A DNA stretch of 64,000 nucleotides, from the NCBI RefSeq assembly GCF_006345805.1, contig NC_042998.1, positions 135,966,001 to 136,030,000 on the forward strand, written 5' to 3'. How positions within the stretch are numbered: the first letter of the stretch is position 1; each line of letters opens with the position of its first letter. Position numbers and translations under genes: made by a program. Positions 53,491 through 64,000 of the stretch are shown in pieces. The stretch comes from Octopus sinensis (taxonomy: Eukaryota). The notes below the pieces were generated by a model that was given only the letters and a program-made list of their open reading frames with translations, did no database searches and had not been told where the DNA came from.

Positions 53491-54807
53491 TATACAAGTA
53501 GACATAAAAATATGATTTATATACAAATACTTATGCATATGCAACAGTTTGTAGGAAATGTAACTGTATATGTTAATGGTTGGCAAATTGAGAAGAATGT
53601 ATATTTGCTTTTTCTAACATTGGAGTTGTCAAATGCAACAGTTGGTAGGCTATATGGTAGAAGTCAGGTCACCAAGAATGTAATGGATAAGTTGGTTGTT
53701 TTTGAAGTCCATGGAATAAATGACAGAAGGAAATCATAGTTGAAAATGGCCTTTAATTTACTACTGCAATATACAAACAACTGCTTCAAGTTATTGTTGT
53801 TGTATAAAGATTAGTAAAACTTCTGTTGTCCATTCCATAGCTGTTTTCATCTGTTATTGACTGCTAGGAGGCCAAAGAAAGGAGAGAGAAAGAATAAGAG
53901 AATTTACATCTTTGGATTGACAAGTAGAGTAAGAGTCCTATGTTGACATACCATAAATGAAGAGAGAGAGAGAGAGAGAGAGAGACGCTGTTGCTCCAAG
54001 ATATGTCAGATACCAAGAGAGAGTGCACCTTCAGCAAAAGTGCCAATGAAAAAAGGAATAAATTCTATTTAGTGTTCTGTATTTATACATGTCAAAAATT
54101 AGAAGTAGGGCAAAGAACAAAGTAAGGCTAATGTGTATATCTCTGCTGAACTGAATTTAACCTAAGGACTTTCAGGGAAACTTTATCTAAGAATGACAGC
54201 TGACTCCCATAAATTTTTAAGTGCAAATGCTGAGAACAATGAAAAGGAATTTACAGAAAAATCTAGAGTAAGGTTTCAATTCCTGGCTAAGGCTCTAGGA
54301 AACAATTAATTTCATATGCATAGGGTGCAAGGGGTTCTAACCAGTTAAAAGGTTCTTTCTTCTTTCACATCTTCCACAGCAGATAAAATTCTAACAAACA
54401 TGGGAAATAGAAAATCATGCAGTCATTGTTGCCACATGTATGGAAAGCCATGATTTAGAAATTGTCAACTATGTAAATGTTACAAAATCTTTTGTACACT
54501 AAGTCTGGATGGAATAGGAAGCCTCTGTCATCTGTGTGAGTTATATACAAAACCACAGTTGGACCATCAATCACAGTGAAGTAACTCTTCTAGCAGGGCT
54601 AATATGACCAACAAAGCCACTGAACTCAAAAGAGTTAATATCCTTACTGAGTAGAGTCAATCTAAAGGCAGAAAGAACTTGAAAGGTGATGATGATGATG
54701 ATGATGATGACGACGACAATGGTGGTGGTGACTGAAATGTGTTCACCTAAGATAATTTTGTAACATTTAGTTCAGAAACATGTTACATAATTGATATAAC
54801 TTTCAGC

Positions 54808-54955
54808 CAGGCATGGACAACCTCTTTTGAGAACTGGGCCACATGAGATGTGCTTCCTCATCAGGTATGCCACACTACCTAAAAAAATTCAAGGTAAGTT
54901 TTCATTTAGGCATGCCATTCAGAAAGTCTTGCAAGCTGCAGTTTGCCCATGACTG
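54808..54955. mobile_element. short hAT-type MITE
   Basis: TIR-like ends CAGGCATGGACAACCT and AGTTTGCCCATGACTG; 8-bp flanks CTTTCAGC and ATTTAAAC match at 5/8. Confidence 0.5.
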
Positions 54956-55129
54956 ATTTAAACTGACCTCTTTAATATGTATAATCATTTGACTTAAAAG
55001 CAGTATTTTACAGCTGAGTGCTCTTCCCTTTAACAACCCTTACATGGTTTTCAAATGAGGAATGATTTTTATTTCAACATTCTTCAAAAGCAAAGAGCTT
55101 CTTGTTGGTTGTAATGTCTTTCTAATTTT

Positions 55130-55360
55130 GGCACAAGGCCAGCAATTCTGAGAGGAAGGGAAGGTTGATGGAATCAACCCAATGCAGAAGTTGATGGAAT
55201 CGACACCAGTGCTCATCTGGTACTAATTTTATCAACCTTGAAAGAATGACAGGCAAGATTACCTCAGCAGAATTTGAAATCTGAAAGTAGAGACCCAAAA
55301 GAAAAGCTGCAGAGCATTCTGTCAGATGTGCTAATGGTTCTGCCAGCTTGCTGCCTTTTT
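55130..55360 (-). mobile_element. SINE, 5558 family
   Basis: Reverse complement of the 5558-5770 family. Confidence 0.75.
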
Positions 55361-55994
55361 TTTTTTTGGTTATAATGCCAACAAGAAATGTAAGTAGTAC
55401 CACTGTGTCACCCTAACAGTAACAAGTGAAACAATCAACATTCTTGCATATTCATACACACACGCACAGTTTCCAGTAACCAAATTGACTCACGAGGCAT
55501 TAACCAACACAGGGCTATAGCAGAAGACACTTGCCCAAGATGCTGTGCAGTGGGACTAATCTGAAACAACATTATTATGAAATGAACTCCTTAATCACAC
55601 AACCATTTTGTCCAACACTCAAACAATTTTTCTTATCTTAGACTGGTATTTTATTGATCCCAAAAGACCAAAAGGAAGAGTTGACCTCAGCAGGATTCTC
55701 AAGTCCTTCTTGCACTGAAAAATACAGTGATATATAATTAATTTAATCTAATTAATTTAATTAATTCTATTCAACCATGAATTTGCATGATTTTTATATC
55801 ACTGTACAAAACGATCATCAACATGAATTGAACATCTTCTCTTCTCCATTTTTATCAAAATTGTTCAGTTTTATGGGATTTCTTTCCATATATATATATA
55901 CACACACACATATATATATACACACATATATATATATATATATATACACACATACACACACACCTATATATATACACACACACACACACATATA

Positions 55995-56460
55995 TATAGG
56001 CCGTTTGCCAGCCCTGTCTGGCAACCGTGTCAGTGGCACGTAAAAGCACCATCCGTTCGTGTCCGTTGCCAGCCTCGGCTGGCCCCCGTGCCGGTGACAC
56101 GTAAAAGCACCGTCCGTCCGTGGCCGTTTGCCAGCTCTGTCTGGCCCCGTGTCGGTGGCACGTAAAAGCACCATCCGTTCGTGTCCGTTGCCAGCATTGC
56201 CTGGCCCCGTGTCGGTGACACGTAAAAGCACCATCCGTTCGTGGCCGTTCACCAGGTCTGTCTGGCACCTGTGCAGGTGGCACGTAAAAAACACCCACTA
56301 CACTCGCGGAGTGGTTGGCGTTAGGAAGGGCATCCAGCCGTAGAAACACTGCCAGATCTGACTGGGCCTGACGAAGCCTTCCAGCTTCACAGACCCCAGT
56401 TGACCCATCCAACCCATACTAGCATGGAAAGCGGACGCTAAATGATGATGATGATGATAT
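55995..56460 (+). mobile_element. RTE-tailed SINE with five ~61-bp internal repeats
   Basis: TAAAA(A)GCACC anchors at 56041, 56102, 56163, 56223 and 56285, then core and (TGA)n tail. Confidence 0.9.
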
Positions 56461-57254
56461 ACATACATATGTTATATATATATTTGTATGTATGTACATA
56501 TATCTATCTATCCATCTATTTCGCTCTCTCTCTCTCTCTCTCTCTCTGTATATACGAGATACCTGTAACATGTTAGGTCACCAAACTTGTTATTCAGTGT
56601 GTATTCACATTTCAATGGTACCTTACTTTCAAAGCATTTTCCCCATTATATGCTGGTTTGGCTATTTATAAAATTACTCAAAAAAACTACATACCTCGAT
56701 AAACCATGGTCCAATTTATACAAAACTTGTTTTATTCTATTTGTATTTGCATGAGCATCTGATTTGTGACATCTGCTTTTGTCTCTTTCCCTCTGTTTGT
56801 CAGACACTCAGCTCTCTGAGTATCTGATCCCTGGTCTCTCCTGCTTCTGTCTCTTTCCCTGTTCCACCAGATGCTCAGCCCTTGCTTTGTCAGTCTCATT
56901 GACCCTTCTAATGTACCTAATCGTTTAGATCACCTGTGAACTAAACCCACATATTTGTGTGTGTGTGTGTGTGTGTGTATATTTATATATAGTTATGTTG
57001 TATTCTGTTAAGAAAGTAGTAGAGTACAATATAAAACTCATCCACCTTCAGTTTTCACCCTGTGCTATCCAATGGCAGTATTATATGTACTAGCAAATTT
57101 GCATTTGGGCTTCTGTAGTGTGTGGATAGATAACTGAAAAAGTTGGAGTCAACAAGAAGGACATTTTCAATCACTACAATTGTTTCTATGCAACACAGTG
57201 CCTGAAAATCATACACCTTCTTGTTGACTCCAACTTTTTTCAATTATATATATG

Positions 57255-57500
57255 TGTGCTGGTGGCACGTAAAAAGCACCATCCGATCGTGGCCATTTGC
57301 CAGCCTCGTCTGGCACGTACAAAGCACCCACTACACTCATGGAGTGGTTGGCGTTAGGAAGGGCATCCAGCTGTAGAAACATTGCCAGATCAGACTGGGC
57401 CTGGTGCAGCCTTCTGGCTTCCCAGACCCCAGTTGAACCGTCCAACCCATGCTAGCATGGAAAGCGGACGCTAAACGATGATGATGATGAAGATGATGAT
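57255..57500 (+). mobile_element. RTE-tailed SINE with about two internal repeats
   Basis: Same core and tail. Confidence 0.9.
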
Positions 57501-58684
57501 GATATGTATGTATGTGTGTGTGGGGGTGTATTTGTGTTTACTTGTCTTAACATCATATAACAGTTGCAAGTGCAAGTGTCACCATTTTATTAGAGTCACT
57601 GATTTCCAATCTCCAGAGAAAACAAGTTCAGCCACAGGGAAATATCAGCTTGCTCAGAAACAGGTGAGGGTTAGTGACAGGAAGGGCACCCAGGTGACGA
57701 AAATCTGCCTCAGCAAATTCCATCTGATCCATGCAAGTATGGAAAAGGGTACACTAAAGCAACAATGATGATGATGATGATAACTCTATTGTGTTTCTGG
57801 TGTTGTAAACATTGAATATCATCAAAGTAGCCTCATTATTATTTTAAAGAAAATAATATGGTGGAACTACTGATTATACTGTTTTTTTACTAACTGATAA
57901 AAGAACATAAGTCTGTATGAAGACATAAGACATTGTGAAATGAAATGTTGCTCCACTAGAGATAAAAATTTCAAACATTTGGCCTCGTTAAATATTCAAA
58001 TAAACTAAGTTAAAGAAAATACTAACTACTTCAAATTTTACAGTAACTGGGTGTATGTGAGTGTCTGTATATGTATCTGTGTATGTGAGCGCATGCTTTG
58101 TGTGTGTGTGTGTGTGTATAAGAGAGAGAGAGATCTGAGTGTGTGTGTGTCAGAGTATGTGTTTGAGCACACCTGTAAATGTGTGACTGTGTCCACACAC
58201 ACATGTGCATGTGTGTGTGTGTATGTGTGTGTGTGTGTGTGTATGCCAGTGTGTGCATGGCTATCTTATGTGTCTATAAGTAATTGGGCCCATTGTGTAT
58301 GTATAGGCATGTGTGTTGTGAGTGAGTGTGCCTATTGCATATGTTTAAGTATGTGTGTCGGTCTGGGTGTACATACATACCTGTCTGAGTGAATGAGTGC
58401 ATTCCTGTTTGTAAATCTGTGGATGCTAACGTGTTTGTGTACAACTAAGAATTTGTGTCAATGTGAGCATCTATGTGCAAATATATGTGTGCATCCATAA
58501 GCATGTTGCCATGCATGTATGACTGTCCATCTTCATCTGTCAGTGTGTAGACATGTGCATATGTTTGTGTGTTTCAAGAAATTTGATTACAGTACAGATT
58601 AATTATTTACTCAATTGAAAAACCAATTCCACTTTCATAATAAAGCTGATCTGACTGACTAAATTTACATGAAACAAGAGTGTA

Positions 58685-59155
58685 TTACCCAGATATATAA
58701 ACAGAGTATATAGTGAATATATAATGTAGTTATATATCTAAGATGTAAAGTAAATATACAATTTAGTTACATATGTAGGATGTATAGTGAAAAAACAGTT
58801 GCATATGCAAAGCATAGAATGAATACATAGAACATAGTTATATAATTAGTGCATGTAATAAACATAAATAACCTAGTTATATAAATAGAATATATGGTGA
58901 ATAGGGAAACTAGTTATATAACTAGTGTACTTAATGAATACATAACCTAGTTATATAACTAGGCCTATATAGAAAGGATATGACCTAGTTATATAATTAG
59001 GGTATATAGTGAATATAAAACCTAGTTATATAACTAAGGCAAAGAATATTAGAAGCAGCATCATCAGATAACTTTGTGAATATAGTAAATTTAAAATCTA
59101 GTTATATTATTTAGAGTATGTAGTTAATACATAATCTACTTTATAACTAGGTCAT
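58685..59155. repeat. ~37-bp minisatellite with 18-bp palindromic core CCTAGTTATATAACTAGG
   Basis: About 12 units; best-conserved cores near 58874, 58911, 58948, 58986 and 59023. Confidence 0.85.
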
Positions 59156-59689
59156 ATAACTTAGTGATAGAAGTAGGATCTCTATCTGTGTCACATAAAG
59201 TTATTGAGTGTGGTTGATTTATGAAAACAAAATTGTTTTCTCAAATGAGTGAATAGATAAAGGAAGGAACAAATTGAAGTGAATTCTGCATGACACAAAG
59301 CAGGCAACCTAAGAAGGCAGTTAACTCTCAAAAAAAAAATTATAAAAATAATTTTAAAAAATAATGATACTAAATGGAAAATTGATACAAGGTAGAAAGG
59401 ACATTTTTAGTCCATGCAACCAGCTTCGCTTGTGCCAGCAGTAATATAAAAATGTAGCCATTCCTTGTTATTAAAGTAGTTGGTGATAGGAAGAACATCA
59501 AACTATAAAAACAAAACCTAAAGAAAACATAGTAATTTCCTCTGTTGATGTGTATACTAGATAAAAAAAAAGTACAATAGGAGACAAGATGATTTGTGAT
59601 CTATCAAACCCATGCAACCATGGAACAAAAATGTAAGAACTACTGCTGTTGCTGATGATGATAGTACTGCCAAGACATTACTACAGTAA

Positions 59690-61060
59690 ATTACACAGTT
59701 CTATATTTAAGAGATAAGGAATTATGTACATTATTTACAATTGACGGATATTTGTCCTCATCTAGTTTGTTGTTAACACAACGTTTCAGGTGATATACCC
59801 TTGTAGCATACACTTGAGTGAAATTCCTCTCCTTTATTATATATTCATACATACGACCGTAGCAGATAACAGCTAGCCTTTGGCTGCATTTTGGACCCTG
59901 TTGTGTCCACTACTCTGCCTGGTTGGTATTGGCACAATTTGTCTCTTGCTCTATCGAGCACCAATATGCAACCCAACCAATCACAGCCTTCAAATAAGGT
60001 CATGTGTGGCATCCTGTTTTCTACCTCAGCTGAGCCTACAACTCCTTATTAAAAAACTTAACTTTTCCTTGTCTCAATGTCTTTGGTTTCAGACCTTTTA
60101 AGGTCTAGCCACTGACCACACAAGACACCGCCAGTTCCAGCGACAACACAACAGCAGCTACATGGAGACTCATCAACTTCGTCCAACAGCATTCAGTGAC
60201 CTCCATCTCCATCACCACCATTTGTCCTTAATGTCAACATCTCTCTATGTACTTGCCAAGCTTACAATACTGCACTGTTTGTGAACTACTTCACCATGGA
60301 TCAACATCAAATATACAACCTACAAGAACTCCTGTACCAAGTGACCCAGACAGCAGCATCACAGCCACAACTTCACGTATGACATGTACCACAACCAACT
60401 CTGCATCATCGCCACAACTTCTTGATACAGTATTTCAACAATCATGTACAGTTGACTACAAACTGGTGTTTATCATTCTTGTGTCTATGAACTTACTCCT
60501 CACTTCAATGACTATAGACTCTTTCACTGTCTCTTCCTCATTGCCATCCTAATATGTTCTTAACATGCATATGTCTATGCTTACATACACACGACTACAT
60601 CTTATTCTTATGACAGCCTGTCTATTATTCTGTATATATGATGCACACACGATCACACATGTTAACATATCAATAAATCTTCTCTTAAACATTCCACCCA
60701 GTTGTGTCTCTTATTTCCCTCTGGTATATATATGCATTGTTCTATTTATATTTATTGTATTAACTGTGTGATGTACTAAGGAGCCATTCTCATCACCTCG
60801 CTTCACACAGACGTCACAAATCGGCGACCTGTTCCAGCTCCTTGAAACCACATAACAATTATAATGGGAGAATGAGATACTCCACAGGTATCTAAACCTT
60901 CAATTCCAATATAAAATGGTGACCCTCCAGCCTTCATCAGGTGTCTTGGGGAAATTTCAAACCTGGGTTCTCATTCCTAAGGTATTTTTCGGTGTTATTA
61001 TTATAATTATTATTATTCAGATCACTGCTTGGAATCGAACTTGGAATCTTGGGATTAGCA
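59690..61060 (-). mobile_element. tRNA-headed, hammerhead-bearing element split by an insertion
   Basis: B-box-like GTTCGATTCC near 61030-61040. CUGAUGA half at 60934-60940 and GAAAC-GU-U-GUGUU half at 59775-59787 become one motif when 59802-60926 is removed. Confidence 0.7.
59802..60921 (+). mobile_element. LTR-like insertion (probable single LTR plus PBS stub)
   Basis: Begins TGT; ...CGTCACA at 60818 is followed by PBS-like AATCGGCGACC and later AAATGGTGACC; flanked by the direct repeat ACCCT. Confidence 0.55.
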
Positions 61061-62365
61061 GCAATCCTGTGGCTGTTTGATAGACCAGCTAAAAGTAGCA
61101 GTTAAGTCTTTCTCAAATCACTCCTTACTGACTTAAAAATGAAAAGAAGAACTATTGATAATGACAAACAATAACAGTCAAAACAAAAATGGAGACAGAT
61201 TTAGTAAACCAATATTCTGTATAATTAATATTTCAAATATAGGCACAGGGATGGCTGTGTGATTTAGAGGATCACTTTGCAACCATGTGGTTTTGGGTTC
61301 AGTCCCATTGCACAGCAACTTGAGCAAGTGTTTTCTACAACAGTTTGTTCAACTAAACCCTTGAAACATGTGCCCTAGAATGGCTGTAGTTAAATGACTG
61401 AAAAAAGTAAAAAATAAAAGATAAATTCTGGGGTCATTTATTCACAATAGATGTTTTGTAAAATAGCATTTTACAACAAATAACCAGAAGAATGAGGTAA
61501 GGGAGTATGCAAGTGCCAAGTTCTGAAGATATTCTACCCAAATATTTGGACAATTTCATTTGTTTAAGAAAGCAAAAGAAAAAAAGAAATTGCACTAAAA
61601 GTAGAGATGGGGTAAAGAACCCCTTGGTAAATATATGGCAAGGGGCCACTTTTGATGAATAACTAAACTACAAATAGAGGAAATATTGTCTAAATATTGA
61701 CACTGAAAACTGCTGTTGTTGAAAAGATTATCTGATTTGGCTGAACAAAAGACTATATTGGCACAAAACAAAATATTTTCAAAAATGTGAGAAGGTACCA
61801 TCTTGCTTGATGTATTGTGTTAAACAGTCAACAGAAAAAATTCTTCTTTTGGTAAAGCTGGGGAATTCTAGTAGAGATTATCAATACCCAGTTTTTTTCT
61901 CTTTGTTTATTATCATTGTTGTTGTGGAAGTTGCTTTGTATGTTTGGCAAGCAGATATTAAGTGAAATTCTAACTCATACATATAAAACACAGACAAGCA
62001 CACATGTAAGTATACATAGTTGTTCTTACAAACACATATACACACAAATGTCTATGTAAATGTGTCAGTATAAATACATAATGTATATCTGTGTAGTGCA
62101 TGTATGTGTATGTCTGCACATGTATATACAATGCAATCTTGTATTTGTGTGTGCGTATATATATATATACACTTGTGTGTGTGTGTGCATGCGCATGTAT
62201 ACATATATATATAAATATACACGTATATTATATGCGCGTGTGTGCTTTTTCTCTGGATTTATGTTTTTTAAAAATTATATATATATATATATATGAGATA
62301 TATATATATATATATATATATGAGATATATATATATGAGATATATATATGAGATATATATATATG

Positions 62366-62394
<29 letters not shown>

Positions 62395-62396
<2 letters not shown>

Positions 62397-63780
62397 TGCA
62401 TGGCTTAGTGGTTAAGGTTTGCACTCACGATCTAGCAATTATGATTTCAAATTCCTAGACTGGGTGGTGCATTGTATTCTTGAACAAAACACTTCATCTC
62501 ACATTGCTATGCTATGCAATCACTTTGACACCTGTTCAGACAACATCAATTTGATGGCGAGAGAGCTAATGAGTGGCACGAACATTTGATCACTATAAAC
62601 AAATCATTTGTGCAAGTCATTCAGCGACAGCTGGATACTCATATGTCGTATTCAATGGGAGAGTTCATCATATATATACACGTGGGTGGGGCAGGCATGG
62701 TTGTGTGATTTAGAAGTTTGATTACCAGCCCTGCACCTTAGGCAAGTGTCTTCTAATATAGCCCCAAGCTGACCAAAGCCTTGTGAGTTTGGTAAGCAGA
62801 AACTGAAAGGAGCATATCATGTTTGCACACGCATGCATGCGTGCATGTATTTATGTGCAAGAGTCTCCTTGTTTAGATGTCATACAATAGTTGTAAATAA
62901 GTTCCACTATATAACAAGTGGTGTCCTTCATTTCCAATATTCAGTGAAAGTGTGTCTGGTCATTGAGAAGTATTACTTTGCTTGGTAACAGATGAAGGTT
63001 GGTAACAGGAAGGGCATTTGGCCATAGAAAATGCGCTGCAACAAATTCCATCTGACCCATGCAAGCAGCTCCATTGCATCACTTTCAGAAGCCCCCTGGA
63101 ACGTTTGCAGGTACAATGTATTACCATTTTATTTCCTAAAATTTTCAGTTAACATAGTTTAATTCTTGTTTAACATCTTAACCAAAGTAAATAGATGGCT
63201 TATCTATGTACTTTGGTCTTAACATGGGGCCCCTCAACCACAGAGGCCCCCTGCAATCACAGGGGTTGCAGGGGCTTAGCGACAGCCCTGCATGCAAGCA
63301 TGGAATATTGGATGTCAAAATAATAATATATGTATTTGTCTGTGTATATGTGTATATTCTTTTATTCTTTTACTTGTTTCAGTCATTTGACTGCAGCCAT
63401 GCTGGGGTACCACCTTAAAGGCTATTTATTCCAGAAATTGACCACGAACTTATTCTTTGTAAGCTTTGTACTTATTCTATTGGTCTCTTTTGCCATTAAG
63501 TTTCAGAGAGAGAAACACACTAACAATGGATGTCAAGTGATGGCATTGAAGACAAACACAGACACAAAGATACACACATAAATATATACATGCATATATA
63601 CATATATATATACACACACACACAAATATATATATACCACGAGCTTCTTTAAGTTTCCACCTACTAAATCCACTAACAAGACTTTGGTTGGCCCAAGGCT
63701 ATAGTAGAAGACACTTGCCCAATGTGTCACACAATGGAACTGAACCCGGAAGCAAGCTTCTAACCACACAGCCAAATCTG
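62395..63780. mobile_element. SINE cluster (two plus-strand copies, one minus-strand CORE/OR-like copy)
   Basis: Heads and cores homologous to copies elsewhere in the window (about 62395-62660 +, 62690-63065 +, 63325-63780 -). Confidence 0.75.
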
Positions 63781-64000
63781 GGCCTATATACACACACCAC
63801 ACTAATACATACAGAGAGATACTCAAATGCATGTGTGTGTATGCGTGTGTCTGTGTGTGTGCATGTATGTGTGTGTGTGCGCGCGTGCGTGTGTGTGTTA
63901 AAGTGCGCTTGCATTTGACTTAAAATAAACACTAGTTTGTTGTGTGAAGATTAAAGTTGCTACTGAAGAATTCTAGGTTAAATTCTTACCTAAATTCAAC

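Noticed and set aside
54378-54440. Plus-strand segment MGNRKSCSHCCH after a strong acceptor
   Set aside because: Isolated, with no downstream in-frame exon identified.
58685-59155. CRISPR array
   Set aside because: Eukaryotic context, linkers homologous to each other, repeats degenerate and no cas genes.

Overview
AT-rich eukaryotic (animal) DNA made up mostly of microsatellites and mobile-element debris. The repeat families look like those of a coleoid cephalopod, probably Octopus; this is recognition from memory, not a database result. No long intact protein-coding gene is visible, and the long I/Y/H/T/M/C/V-rich ORFs in the track are translations of (TA)n/(TACA)n arrays. Supportable content: dozens of tRNA-derived SINE copies from at least three families; decayed DNA transposons (Chapaev3-like at 3.1-4.1 kb, hAT/Charlie with a perfect 8-bp TSD at 8.76-10.36 kb, mariner with TIRs and TA at 31.8-33.0 kb, two MITEs); non-LTR retroelement fragments (R4/Dong-type RLE, Penelope-like RT+GIY-YIG, CR1-like 3' ends); an LTR-like insertion; and two phase-compatible minus-strand exons (7970-8069, 7139-7248) that may be the 3' end of an unidentified gene. 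The most notable feature is at 45.84-46.69 kb: a non-coding element with two ~245-bp direct repeats, each carrying a complete type I hammerhead ribozyme, with predicted cleavage sites 556 nt apart. This is the layout of a retrozyme or non-autonomous Penelope-like element that could release a unit-length, possibly circular, RNA. At least three further degenerate or disrupted hammerheads occur in other repeat families (26.2 kb, 50.3 kb, and 59.8/60.9 kb, the last split by an LTR-like insertion).
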